Below, piece after piece: positions 35,737-44,829 of a stretch of 64,000 nucleotides of DNA. The notes under the pieces were generated by a model. The model ran no database searches, was not told the DNA's origin, and was given only the letters and a program-made list of their open reading frames with translations. Every line of letters starts with the position of its first letter. Positions within the stretch are counted from its first letter, which is position 1. This DNA is from Planctomyces sp. SH-PL62. GTDB lineage: Bacteria > Planctomycetota > Planctomycetia > Planctomycetales > Planctomycetaceae. The position numbers and the translations under genes are program-made. The stretch is taken from contig CAMDEA010000004.1 in NCBI GenBank assembly GCA_945893045.1, positions 40,717-104,716 of the forward strand. Reading direction: 5' to 3'.

Positions 35737-36788
35737 CGTCGCACCTTGCTGCGCCGGTTCAAATACGCCGACAGCGCCTGATCGTAGGGCTGTCGAGTGT
35801 TGATCAAGTGATAGTCGATGCCGGCTTCCGCCAAACCTTTTCGATAGAACTCACCACTCTGCCGAACTTGTTCGAGATAGCCGTCGCGTACCGCCGCCGG
35901 ATCAATCTCCAACTCCTCACCGGTTTCCATGTCACGGAACTGAGTTGCTCCTTGAAACGGGAACTCCAGTTCGGCGGCATCCTGAAGATGGAACACGATC
36001 ACATCGTGCTTCAGACTGCGCAGTTGCCGGATGGCTCGCAGCGTTTGATCGGGGTCGTCGATCAAATCGCTGATGACGACGACCATCCCCCGCCGTTTGA
36101 GATTCCGCGCGATCTGCCGCAGGCTGCTCGGCATGTCGGTGCCACCAGCCGGCGGATTGTCGATCATCACGCGCATCATCTGACTCAGATGCGGTCGGCG
36201 GCAGCGGGGCTGCACCAACAGGCCCGGCTTCGTCCCGAACAACGCCAGCCCGCAAGCATCCTGTTGCCGCAGCACCAAATAACCCAGGCAACTGGCGAGG
36301 AAGCAGGCGTAATCCCATTTAGTCAGCAAGCCAGTGCCGAAGGCCATCGACGCGGAACGGTCCATGAGCAGATAGCAGCGGAGATTCGTTTCCTCTTCAA
36401 ACCGCTTGATGTAGTAATGGTCCGTGCGAGCATACAGATGCCAGTCGAGATACTTCAGATCGTCGCCGGCAACGTACTCCCGATGATCGGCGAACTCCAC
36501 GGAGAAACCGTGAAAGGGACTCTTGTGGAGTCCATTCAAAAAGCCTTCCACAACCAACCGTGCCAACAGCGGCGATAAGCCGATGCGAGCCAGCACTTCC
36601 GGTTGCAGATATTTTTCTGATGCGGTCCCAGGTAACCCTTCCGCCAAAACCGGCTGTCCCGTTTGCTGTGCCAGAGCCTGATGCAATTTCTGCATGAGCA
36701 CCGACGCTGCCGGACCAAGCTGCCGCCACCAAGCCGTTCGCGGCCCGGTTCGCTGCGGTGTGGTTAGAGGTTGAAGGCTTGTGGACAT
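35733..36788 (-). CDS. DUF58 domain protein (MoxR partner)
   Basis: FHGFSVEFADHREYVAGDDLKYLDWHLYARTDHYYIKRFEEETNLRCYLLMDRSASM. Track start TTG 36845 lies inside a REP element; I prefer ATG 36788 (MSTSLQPL). Confidence 0.9.
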   Translation of the reverse strand: MSTSLQPLTTPQRTGPRTAWWRQLGPAASVLMQKLHQALAQQTGQPVLAEGLPGTASEKYLQPEVLARIGLSPLLARLVVEGFLNGLHKSPFHGFSVEFADHREYVAGDDLKYLDWHLYARTDHYYIKRFEEETNLRCYLLMDRSASMAFGTGLLTKWDYACFLASCLGYLVLRQQDACGLALFGTKPGLLVQPRCRRPHLSQMMRVMIDNPPAGGTDMPSSLRQIARNLKRRGMVVVISDLIDDPDQTLRAIRQLRSLKHDVIVFHLQDAAELEFPFQGATQFRDMETGEELEIDPAAVRDGYLEQVRQSGEFYRKGLAEAGIDYHLINTRQPYDQALSAYLNRRSKVRR

Positions 36789-36813
36789 CGCGGCTATTCG
36801 TTGAAAGGGTTGT

Positions 36814-36872
36814 GAGCGACAAGGCGCTAGCCGTCGGTTCTTCAAAGACCGGCGGCTAGCGCCGTTCCGCTC
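36814..36872. repeat. Family E inverted repeat in the moxR-DUF58 gap
   Basis: gagcgacaaggcgctagccgtcggt (36814..36838) / accggcggctagcgccgttccgctc (36848..36872), with a few mismatches. Confidence 0.85.
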
Positions 36873-36888
36873 AATGAAGCGCCATCAC

Positions 36889-37896
36889 TTACTTCTTCCG
36901 CTCCGGCACGATTTCGAGAAGCCGGCGGACGATGTCGTCCGTCGTCGTCCCTTCGGCCTCGGCGGCGAAGCTGCACGAGAGACGATGACGCAGCACCGGG
37001 AGCGCCAGATGACGCACGTCATCGCACGACACGTTGATCCGACCATTCAACGCGGCGAGACACTTCGCACACAAGATCAGAGCTTGGCTGGCGCGGGGAC
37101 CGGCTCCCCAGGAGATCTGGTCCTCGATGAAATCCGGGACACCCGGTTCGCCCGGTCTCGTCGCGCGGACCAGATCGACGGCGTACTGCGTGACATGCTT
37201 CGATACGGGAAGACTCCGCACGAGCCTCTGCATGTTAAGGACGGTGTCTTGATCGCAGATCGGCTGAAGATCGACGGTCGCGTTCGACGTCGTCCGCTCG
37301 ACGATCTGTTCTTCTTCTTCCAAGCCGGGGTATTTGATGAACGTGTTGAGCAGGAAGCGGTCCTTCTGAGCTTCGGGCAACGGATACGTCCCTTCCTGAT
37401 CGATCGGGTTTTGCGTCGCCAGCACGAAGAACGGTTTTGCGAGCGGGTATGTCTTGCCGCCCGCCGTGACTTCATGCTCTTGCATCGCCTGCAACAGCGC
37501 GGCCTGCGTCTTCGGCGGCGTGCGGTTGATTTCGTCGGCGAGCACGATGTTGGTGAAGATCGGACCGGCCACGAACACCGTCACGCGCTTGCCGGTCGTG
37601 TGGTCATCCTCGATGACATTCGTTCCGACGATGTCCGACGGCATCAAGTCGGGCGTGAATTGGATGCGTTTGAAATTCAACGACAGCAGTTGGGCCAACG
37701 TGTTGATCATCAACGTCTTGGCCAGGCCGGGAACTCCTTCCAAGAGATTGTGCCCGCCGGCGAAGATCGTGATCAGCAATTCCTCCAGAACGGATCGCTG
37801 CCCGACGATCGCACGGGACATGCCGTCCAACATGCGGGTGTGAAGGTCTTTCAATTGCGCTAAATCACGCTCGATGTCGGCAGGTTCGTTGTTCAC
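36889..37896 (-). CDS. moxR: MoxR-like AAA+ ATPase
   Basis: GQRSVLEELLITIFAGGHNLLEGVPGLAKT (Walker A), NIVLADEINRTPPKTQAALLQAMQE (Walker B), FVLATQNPIDQEGTYPLPEAQKDRF. Track start 37971 translates the AATGACGAA palindrome (MIRHSDFVIPSSLGTSSFVI); I prefer GTG 37896 (VNNEPADIERD). The start is uncertain. Confidence 0.93.
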   Translation of the reverse strand: MNNEPADIERDLAQLKDLHTRMLDGMSRAIVGQRSVLEELLITIFAGGHNLLEGVPGLAKTLMINTLAQLLSLNFKRIQFTPDLMPSDIVGTNVIEDDHTTGKRVTVFVAGPIFTNIVLADEINRTPPKTQAALLQAMQEHEVTAGGKTYPLAKPFFVLATQNPIDQEGTYPLPEAQKDRFLLNTFIKYPGLEEEEQIVERTTSNATVDLQPICDQDTVLNMQRLVRSLPVSKHVTQYAVDLVRATRPGEPGVPDFIEDQISWGAGPRASQALILCAKCLAALNGRINVSCDDVRHLALPVLRHRLSCSFAAEAEGTTTDDIVRRLLEIVPERKK

Positions 37897-37908
37897 GGTG
37901 GGACTTTC

Positions 37909-38041
37909 AGAAATGACGAATGACGAAGTACCCAATGACGAAGGAATGACGAAATCCGAATGACGAATCACGATGGTGGGGCCCTGATTTGGGTTTCGTC
38001 ATTCGGATTTCTTTCGTCATTGGGTATTTCGTCATTCGTCA
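37909..38041. repeat. Long imperfect palindrome built from tandem AATGACGAA / TTCGTCATT motifs
   Basis: Five AATGACGAA-type motifs on the left (37909..37967) and four TTCGTCATT on the right (37994..38041), around the centre tcacgatggtggggccctgatttggg. It fills the gap between the DUF4159 gene and moxR. Confidence 0.9.
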
Positions 38042-38046
38042 CTTTC

Positions 38047-39651
38047 CTAATGGCTTAACGCGTACGTGATGATGTTCATGACAACTCGCGTCGCATCGTC
38101 GGCCGCGAGTCCTTTCGCGTAAGCGTTGGACTCGTGATTGACGCCGCTCATCAGATCGAACGGCGAATAAATGACGGCCAGCCGACCGTCGAGAAACAGG
38201 CCGTAAAACTCCGGCATCTCCAGCGTCGGGTCGTCGCGGAGCGCGGGAGGGGTGTATTCCACGCGGTCCACGGGATTCCAGCCGCTGGCAAATAACGGAT
38301 GCGTCGCGGGGAGCTTGATCAACTCGCCTTCGGGAATGACTTTTTTCAGTTCGCGCCGGAAACCGAGATCGAACGGCTTTAAGCCGGCCGCCGCGGTCGC
38401 GACAAGCATCCCGCCCCGTTGCAAGTAATGCCGCAGCCCTTCGACTTCCTCGCTGGTCAATTGAAAATCGTAGTGGCCGGTCATGAAGACGAGCGGAGTG
38501 TCGGCCAATTGTGGATCATCGAGCGACACCGCGACCGGCGAGTAATCGACCTCCAGCCCAGTATTCTCTTTGAGGTTTTGGAGCACGCTGTTTTGCAGCG
38601 CCGGGTTCACGTCCCAACTGCCGCTGTAGGAGACCATCCCAAACCGGAACACATCACCGGCGGCTGTCCGGCCGTCATAGACCGGAAACTCTTGAGCGAG
38701 AAAGCGGCCATACTCGGTCGCTCCCAGGACGTAGGCGACGATATTCACTCCGAGACGCAGTGCCGATTCGCCAACGAAATGTTTTCCCTGCGGATGATAC
38801 GGCTCGCTGCTCCAGGCGGCTCCCATGCCGACGGGAACCAGGATCGCGGCCGCTCGCGTGCCGATATCCAGCGTGTAGATGTCCGGCGGCTGCTGAAATT
38901 GCACGCCATTCACCAGAGTCATCAACTGCTGCACGCGGTATCGCGAGTTGAATAACGGATGATCCTGCGGTGCGCGCATCAGCCGCTTCTGCGGAAAAAC
39001 TTTTCGCATCTCGCGAGCCACCGCCTGCGAGAACTCATCCCGCCCGCGCGCGGCGTTGAACAGGATCGTGCCCCCCTCGGTTAGAAACTTGCGGAGGTTC
39101 TCGACTTCTTTCGGAGTGAACGTGAAGTCGTAATCGCCGGCCATGAAGAGCAACGGGATATCGACCGGATCAAATCCGGGACTCGCGAGCGGCTTTGTGG
39201 CGTACTGATAGTTGTTGCCGTCAGCCAACCGCGCGTTGACTGTGGACATCAGGTAGGAGCCGTCATTCGGAAAGCTCTTCCACTGCTCGAACTTTTGCAC
39301 GGTGCCGTCGGTGTGAACGTACTCCAGCGTTTCGCCGTATTCGATCTTGTGCATCACCGTGAGATTCGTCGGCGGTGGCGGCGTGCGAGTCTGCGTTTTC
39401 CGCTGGCCGGGACCGGGGTCGGGAATCACACCGGTATCTTCGCCGCTGGCCTCCATCTTCTGCGGAGCCTTCACCGGCGGCGGAGGAGGCGCTTCGGCGG
39501 GAGGAAAGTTGACTCGCCGCTGAGCAAACGCTGTGGAAGACGAACCGATCCAGATGCCGAACAAGATCAGCGTGCCGAGAAGTAGCCGAACTCGTGAGAG
39601 TTCGGACCGAAGTCTCACGACTTCGGCTACAGAACAGATTGTTTGCATCAT
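38047..39651 (-). CDS. Secreted protein with two DUF4159 domains
   Basis: DIPLLFMAGDYDFTFTPKEVENLRKFLTEGGTILFNAARG and DTPLVFMTGHYDFQLTSEEVEGLRHYLQRGGMLVATAAAG. Signal-like LLLGTLILFGIWIGSSSTAFAQ. The ATGATG start overlaps the upstream stop. Confidence 0.85.
   Translation of the reverse strand: MMQTICSVAEVVRLRSELSRVRLLLGTLILFGIWIGSSSTAFAQRRVNFPPAEAPPPPPVKAPQKMEASGEDTGVIPDPGPGQRKTQTRTPPPPTNLTVMHKIEYGETLEYVHTDGTVQKFEQWKSFPNDGSYLMSTVNARLADGNNYQYATKPLASPGFDPVDIPLLFMAGDYDFTFTPKEVENLRKFLTEGGTILFNAARGRDEFSQAVAREMRKVFPQKRLMRAPQDHPLFNSRYRVQQLMTLVNGVQFQQPPDIYTLDIGTRAAAILVPVGMGAAWSSEPYHPQGKHFVGESALRLGVNIVAYVLGATEYGRFLAQEFPVYDGRTAAGDVFRFGMVSYSGSWDVNPALQNSVLQNLKENTGLEVDYSPVAVSLDDPQLADTPLVFMTGHYDFQLTSEEVEGLRHYLQRGGMLVATAAAGLKPFDLGFRRELKKVIPEGELIKLPATHPLFASGWNPVDRVEYTPPALRDDPTLEMPEFYGLFLDGRLAVIYSPFDLMSGVNHESNAYAKGLAADDATRVVMNIITYALSH
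39582..39630. repeat. Double-hairpin REPIN-like element (family A), GTAG...CTAC termini
   Basis: GTAG-CCGAACTC-gtga-GAGTTCGG-a-CCGAAGTC-tcac-GACTTCGG-CTAC. It covers codons 8-24 of the DUF4159 gene (SVAEVVRLRSELSRVRL). Confidence 0.92.
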
Positions 39652-41330
39652 GGCAGGCTGACCTCGATGGTCGGTTTCTTTTCATTCGGATTGGCACGAT
39701 ACCAACCGACCTCCGGCGTGACTGTCACCGACTTCAAGATTTTCCGCTCCGTGCCCGCGGCCTGTACCGGCCCAACAATGTTGAGTTGATACGCCGGAGT
39801 GAGCTGGAGTTTCGCATCCGCGTCGTATTGCCAACTCCGCACGATGAGCGGTTCCAACGATTGCGGCAACGGAGTGAAGCCGTTTTTCAACACCGGTGCC
39901 GGCGAGTTGCGAATGTTGGGATCTTGCGCGCCAGCCGGTAAGGGCGTAGCCGGTTGCGCTGTCTTCATCTCGACGACCAATCCCAAAGGAACCTGCCCGC
40001 TGACTTGGGCCACCACAAAGTTCAGCATCTGCACCGCCGGCAAACGCGGCTTTCCCGCGACGGTCGGAGTCGGAGCCCACCCCGGTGGGAAAGTGATGTC
40101 TTGAGGCGTTATCGGCGAATTGATCAAGGTCAACGGACCAGTCGCCATGTAGATCTTGTACCCATTGGGATTGGGGACCATGTCGCGGATCACGAGATTC
40201 GTCATCTGGATCGTCGCGCCGCCGTGATAGTAGGCCGATTGCGATCCAGCGATCGTGATATCTTCCAACGTCCCCGCCGCGCTGGTCAGCGTCATGCCGT
40301 GCGTGCAGTCCTTGATGAGCAACTGCTTGACCATGAATCCGCTGCCGTACCAATACAGACCCTGAGCACATTTCTCGATCACGTTGTTGGTCATGATGCA
40401 CTCCGGCTGGCCGTAGCAGGTGATGCCGCTCGGATAGTTGCCGCGGATGGTGTTGCCTCGGACTTCAATCAACTGACAGCCGATGAGGTAGAGGGCCGGT
40501 TGTGGCACGGGAAACGGGTCGTCTCGCTCGAACTGGTTATCCGCCACGACGGCGGAATCACACGAGGTGATCATGAGACGGCTCATGCCGCCGAACCGGT
40601 TCTTGATCACGTTGATCCGCTCGCCCGGCTTGGCACCAGTGTTGTCGATGCCCGTCGGCTGAGCGTAGATGTTGATGAGTTCCGCTCGTTGAATGTCGAA
40701 CGTCGATCCGGTCGCGGCTTCCAAGATCGCCGTGGGATCGGGCTGAGGCATTCCCGCTGGGACTTCTTTCTTAGGCGGCCGCGAGACGATCGCCGCATTG
40801 CGCTTTCCTTGAGGCAGGCCCAGCCGCCCCGATACGACGAAGCCGCCTCCCTTGGCGATCTTGAGCATCCGCTGTTCGGGGTCTTCGGCCACGAGCCGGA
40901 ATTCGTGCTGATCCTTCGCCGACTTGGAAGCATCCATGCGGATGTAGCCGTAGCTTTCCACGAGACCATTCGCACAGAGCACGATCGGTCCCGCCGCGAC
41001 TTTGAATTGCAGCACGGCTCGCGGATCGAGCGACAGTTGTTTGCAAGTGATCTGCGCCTCGTCATTGCGGTTGAAGGTCACGGTGTCATCGCGCGCAATC
41101 ACGACATCGTCGTCCGCAACAGGAACCTTGCCGCCGCGCCACGTCGCCGGGTCAGTCCAGTCTCCACCGCCGGATGCGTTGGAATAGATCTCGTCGGCGA
41201 AGCCGATCCCGGCAGCGCAAACAATCGTAGCCACGCTCGCCAGAGCGTGGGTGTATTGCCGTTGAACATCCCACGCTCTGGCGAGCGTGGCTACCATCGC
41301 GATTGTGAATCGGCTCAGCGATTTATTCAT
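39648..41330 (-). CDS. Secreted right-handed parallel beta-helix repeat protein
   Basis: Repeats IKNRFGGMSRLMITSCDSAVVADNQF, IEVRGNTIRGNYPSGITCYGQ, NNVIEKCAQGLYWYGSG, IKDCTHGMTLTSAAGTLEDITIAG. The track ORF extends to 41426; ATG 41330 forms an ATGA overlap with the upstream stop (MNKSLSRFTIAMVATLA..). Confidence 0.8.
   Translation of the reverse strand: MNKSLSRFTIAMVATLARAWDVQRQYTHALASVATIVCAAGIGFADEIYSNASGGGDWTDPATWRGGKVPVADDDVVIARDDTVTFNRNDEAQITCKQLSLDPRAVLQFKVAAGPIVLCANGLVESYGYIRMDASKSAKDQHEFRLVAEDPEQRMLKIAKGGGFVVSGRLGLPQGKRNAAIVSRPPKKEVPAGMPQPDPTAILEAATGSTFDIQRAELINIYAQPTGIDNTGAKPGERINVIKNRFGGMSRLMITSCDSAVVADNQFERDDPFPVPQPALYLIGCQLIEVRGNTIRGNYPSGITCYGQPECIMTNNVIEKCAQGLYWYGSGFMVKQLLIKDCTHGMTLTSAAGTLEDITIAGSQSAYYHGGATIQMTNLVIRDMVPNPNGYKIYMATGPLTLINSPITPQDITFPPGWAPTPTVAGKPRLPAVQMLNFVVAQVSGQVPLGLVVEMKTAQPATPLPAGAQDPNIRNSPAPVLKNGFTPLPQSLEPLIVRSWQYDADAKLQLTPAYQLNIVGPVQAAGTERKILKSVTVTPEVGWYRANPNEKKPTIEVSLP
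41227..41294. repeat. Family C REPIN: perfect 25-bp arms, GTAG...CTAC termini
   Basis: GTAG-CCACGCTC-gcca-GAGCGTGG-g (41227..41251) / c-CCACGCTC-tggc-GAGCGTGG-CTAC (41270..41294); 18-nt spacer. Each arm also self-folds. Confidence 0.93.
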
Positions 41331-44116
41331 GGCCGCTCTCCCGGAGATGACCCGTCGATGAAGTTGCTCAGCCAATGCAATTCTTCGTCGGAGACGGCGC
41401 GCACTTGGAACCCGTCGATCTCGCACGCTCCGGTCAGCAGATAACTCATCACGATGCGGCCATCCAAAGCTTGCGGTGGGGCATCAAGCATGTATCCCAC
41501 TTTCCGCCAGGCTCCATACGTCCGCTCCACGAAGTAGGTGCTGGTCCCTTTCACGGGGACCGTGTCGTTGCCTTGGCCGTAAAGGCTCAGCGAAACGTGC
41601 GAGTTGAATCCGGGATACGCCGTCAACAAGTCTTCGCGATACCAGCATTCGACCCAGTAATGACCGCTCGTGGTCAGGTTCGGCAACGGACGTTCGAGCG
41701 TCAGGTATCCCAGATAAACCGGATGAGCTTCCAGCAATCCAACGTGCGGTCCCGACAGCCCCAGGCCGCGCGCGAACTTCAGATTGACCGGCTTGCCGAA
41801 CCACTGCGGTTCTTCCGGCTCGAAGCCACTGACGACATCGGCGAACGGCGGCAACTTCGGCGAACCTCCGTCCGTCGGAGGGACAGCGCGAGCCAGACGT
41901 TCCTCGAACTGTTTCTTGCGATCGGCCAATTTCTCTTTCTCGAAGTATTTGGGAAATGCCTGTTCCAGTTGAGCGAGCCGTTTCAGTGCTTCAGTCATCT
42001 GACCCATGCGAACCAGACATTCCGCCATGCCATGCAGCGTGCGGTCTCGATAGCCGGCCCACTGTCGCAGTTGCAGCAAGACTTCGTAGTTCCGCAGCGA
42101 GGCGTCGTACTTTCCGGCGACACGATCCGCCTCGGCTCGCAGGAAGCGATACAAGCCTTCGAGCTTTTGATCCGGGTAATTCAACTCAATCTTGTCGAGC
42201 AACAACCGAGTCTCGCGGATGTCTCCCGTCCGCAGTTTTTGTTCGGCGACTCGCAACAGCGCCCCGCGTGTGACCGCTTCGGATTGCGCGGTCGCCAGGA
42301 ATGCGTCCCCGCCCAACGTGGCGGCTATGCGGTACAGCTCGCCGGCCGCTTTGATCTGGCCGGCTTCCGCGAACAGGTCGCCGCGGTGGATCGCCACGAG
42401 GCGCATGTCGGGATGTTCGAGGCGACGATGCTTTTCCAAGATCGCGTCGAATCGCCGCGCCGCTTCATCCAGGTCTTTGAATTGCCGATGCACGATGTCC
42501 GTCGCCGTCAGTTGGATTCCCACTTGCAGCGTCGGCAGCTTGTTGAATTCTTGATTGGCCTGTTCGAGCACCTTCTCCATCTCGGCTTTGCGACCGTTGT
42601 GTCCCAGAGCGGTGATCAACGACTTGAACAACTCGGCGCGAAATTGCGGATCGAGTCCCAGTGCGGCCAGGCGATGCTTCGCCAACTTTTCCAGGAGCGG
42701 CCAACGCTCCGGTGCTTCCGACGACATCAGCAGATCCAAGATCCGATCCTGCCGCTCGGCCGAAAGCTTTTCGACTTGAACGTCGGCCGCTAATTCTCGA
42801 ATGACGTATCGCATGGAAAACGGACTGATCGAACCCGGTGCTCCCCACACATGCACTCGGCGCTGAAACTGCGGCAACGATCCTCCGCCCGACAACGTCA
42901 CCACATAATCGCCGGGAGCAAAGAAAACATGCCGCACGCTCCGGCCGACCGCTTCCGTGCCGTCGCCGAAATTCCACTTGAGTTGAGTTTCCTCCGGCAA
43001 ATCCCCCTGAGCTTCAAAGCGGACGAGATACAGCGTCGAATCGCCAGACGTCACCAGCGAATCATCAATGCCGTAACCAAACGACGCGCCGGTATTTGGA
43101 CCGGCCACTTCCAACGTGGCGACGTGAGCGTAATCCGGATGCACGAACATGTCGCGCGGCACATAGGCCCAGACTTTCGCGGCCGGCGGAACCCACAACA
43201 ACGAACATCCGCCGTAAGTGCCGGGGCTTTCCTTCAGCACATGAAACATCTCGATGGGATGCACGCCGGCCTTCAGTTCAATCTCCGCTCCGATGGACTT
43301 CGTCGGAATCGAACCGGTCAAGCGTTGATTCGATCCGGGCCGGTCGCAAACTTTGAAGCCGTCGATGAAGAGAAACGACGCGTCCTCAGAGTTCACGAAG
43401 AACCGATACACGCCGTCGGCTTTGATATTCAAGTGCCCGCGATACGTCACCGCGTAATCACGCGGATTGGCCGGGCGAACGGGATTGCTGTTCTGTACCA
43501 TCTCCGAGACAAGCCCATTCGCCACGACGGGGTCGCTCTTCGTCAGCCCGTCGCGAACCGCCGTCCAATTGGAAATGTCGGTCCCCTTCCAGTCACGAGC
43601 CTCCAGGACGATCCCTTCGGGAATCGGCGCGGCGGCTGCCGGCGGCGCGGCGGGATTTCTGGCATGAACCCAGTACCAGACGTCCGCCCCATGCCGCGGA
43701 AATTGAATCAGCGTGTCTCCATGAGGAGCATGAGACAGCACAGCCACCGGCAGCGCAGTTCCATCGGCACAGACGACCGCGACATCCGATCCATCAGGCT
43801 TCAACCAGCCACCGGTTGGCAACCGAGCCACGATTGACTTCGATGTCGATTGCGCCGGACTCAAACCCATCAGTCGGAGCGTGTATCGCAACTGATAACC
43901 ATCGAGCCAAGCGGGCTGTTTCTCCGGCAACAGTTCGACGACGTTCTTCTGCGGCTCGGCAGGCGCTGCGGTGGCCTGTGCGAAAGCCGCAACCAAGTAA
44001 CCCGAAGCGTGAGCGAGGGCGAGCGCTCCAAGCAGCATGAATTTCGACAGCATCCGCGTCACGTGGCGCATCCGCCCTCGCTCACGCTTCGGGTTACATG
44101 TCGAATACCACTGCAT
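41327..44116 (-). CDS. Secreted PA14 - PKD - TPR-rich protein
   Basis: PA14: YRGHLNIKADGVYRFFVNSEDASFLFIDGFKV..GVHPIEMFHVLKESPGTYGGCSLLW. PKD: LKWNFGDGTEAVGRSVRHVFFAPGDYVVTLSG. A long TPR-like helical region follows. The track ORF runs to 44176 and would overlap the upstream gene by 52 nt. I prefer ATG 44116, which has GAGG upstream and lies 8 nt after the upstream stop; ATG 44071 or 44053 are also possible. Confidence 0.82.
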   Translation of the reverse strand: MQWYSTCNPKRERGRMRHVTRMLSKFMLLGALALAHASGYLVAAFAQATAAPAEPQKNVVELLPEKQPAWLDGYQLRYTLRLMGLSPAQSTSKSIVARLPTGGWLKPDGSDVAVVCADGTALPVAVLSHAPHGDTLIQFPRHGADVWYWVHARNPAAPPAAAAPIPEGIVLEARDWKGTDISNWTAVRDGLTKSDPVVANGLVSEMVQNSNPVRPANPRDYAVTYRGHLNIKADGVYRFFVNSEDASFLFIDGFKVCDRPGSNQRLTGSIPTKSIGAEIELKAGVHPIEMFHVLKESPGTYGGCSLLWVPPAAKVWAYVPRDMFVHPDYAHVATLEVAGPNTGASFGYGIDDSLVTSGDSTLYLVRFEAQGDLPEETQLKWNFGDGTEAVGRSVRHVFFAPGDYVVTLSGGGSLPQFQRRVHVWGAPGSISPFSMRYVIRELAADVQVEKLSAERQDRILDLLMSSEAPERWPLLEKLAKHRLAALGLDPQFRAELFKSLITALGHNGRKAEMEKVLEQANQEFNKLPTLQVGIQLTATDIVHRQFKDLDEAARRFDAILEKHRRLEHPDMRLVAIHRGDLFAEAGQIKAAGELYRIAATLGGDAFLATAQSEAVTRGALLRVAEQKLRTGDIRETRLLLDKIELNYPDQKLEGLYRFLRAEADRVAGKYDASLRNYEVLLQLRQWAGYRDRTLHGMAECLVRMGQMTEALKRLAQLEQAFPKYFEKEKLADRKKQFEERLARAVPPTDGGSPKLPPFADVVSGFEPEEPQWFGKPVNLKFARGLGLSGPHVGLLEAHPVYLGYLTLERPLPNLTTSGHYWVECWYREDLLTAYPGFNSHVSLSLYGQGNDTVPVKGTSTYFVERTYGAWRKVGYMLDAPPQALDGRIVMSYLLTGACEIDGFQVRAVSDEELHWLSNFIDGSSPGERP
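43997..44097. repeat. Family B inverted repeat, perfect 23-bp arms
   Basis: gtaacccgaagcgtgagcgaggg (43997..44019) / ccctcgctcacgcttcgggttac (44075..44097); 55-nt loop. It encodes CNPKRERG...LAHASGY at the N-terminus of the PA14 gene. Confidence 0.93.
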
Positions 44117-44124
44117 TCCACACC

Positions 44125-44829
44125 TCACTGCGGCTCGTAAGTGATCCGCAACTTCCAAAGTTTGGCACCATTCCAAAATGGCGAATGCGTGCGGAACCAG
44201 CCCATCGCTTCATCGGTTGTGATCTGCCAGCCGAAATTCGGAACGGTTCCCGAATACCACAACTCGACGTCTTCCGTGACGTTGAAAGTATGCTCGCCCG
44301 CGCCTTGGATTGAAGCCGAGGCCGTCGCCTTGACGGCTCGGTCTTGTCCCAGCCCCAAGGCACCTGGTGTGTGCCATTCCAAACGATTGGGTCGCGTGAT
44401 GCGATACTGGTGTGAGACGCCCGCACCCCAGCCCTGCAAGATACGGCGAACCTGCACGCGAACGCCGGTCGCGGGATAGACCTGAGCGTACGGCACGACC
44501 CATTCCGCCTTTGTGATCCGCTGACCGGGCGGAATCTTTTCGAGCGGATAACGGATCAGGAACGACGTCTTGGGAGTCAGGTCAATCTGATGATTGCCAT
44601 ATTCTCCGTTGGCATTCACGACCGCCGCCCAACTCATCCGCGGAGCATCCTCCGAGATCGCGGCCATCAGTTCGCAATCGGCGTCGGTCAGCACGATCGT
44701 CTTCGCCGACGCGGTTGATGCCATCAGGACGAGCAGCAGCACAGCCAAGTAGCCACGCTCGCCAAGAGCGTGGGTTCTCACGAATTCGCCCACGCTCTTG
44801 GCGAGCGTGGCTACCGAAGGATGACTCAC
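44125..44829 (-). CDS. Small secreted Trp-rich beta-sandwich-like protein (possibly DNRLRE-type domain)
   Basis: GTG 44829 forms a GTGA overlap with the upstream stop. Hydrophobic core AVLLLVLMASTASA. The body (RITKAEWVVPYAQVYPATGVRVQVRRILQGWG..NRLEWHTPG..FNVTEDVELWY..WQITTDE) resembles accessory carbohydrate-binding/DNRLRE-like modules. The functional call is weak. Confidence 0.65.
   Translation of the reverse strand: MSHPSVATLAKSVGEFVRTHALGERGYLAVLLLVLMASTASAKTIVLTDADCELMAAISEDAPRMSWAAVVNANGEYGNHQIDLTPKTSFLIRYPLEKIPPGQRITKAEWVVPYAQVYPATGVRVQVRRILQGWGAGVSHQYRITRPNRLEWHTPGALGLGQDRAVKATASASIQGAGEHTFNVTEDVELWYSGTVPNFGWQITTDEAMGWFRTHSPFWNGAKLWKLRITYEPQ
44749..44814. repeat. Family C REPIN: perfect 26-bp arms, GTAG...CTAC termini
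   Basis: GTAG-CCACGCTC-gccaa-GAGCGTGG-g (44749..44774) / c-CCACGCTC-ttggc-GAGCGTGG-CTAC (44789..44814). It covers codons 6-27 of the small secreted protein gene. Confidence 0.93.

Noticed and set aside
37897-37971. N-terminal extension of MoxR (MIRHSDFVIPSSLGTSSFVISESPT)
   Set aside because: It is encoded entirely by the AATGACGAA palindrome and is low-complexity. MoxR homologues do not need it, and an in-frame GTG at 37896 gives a normal-length protein.
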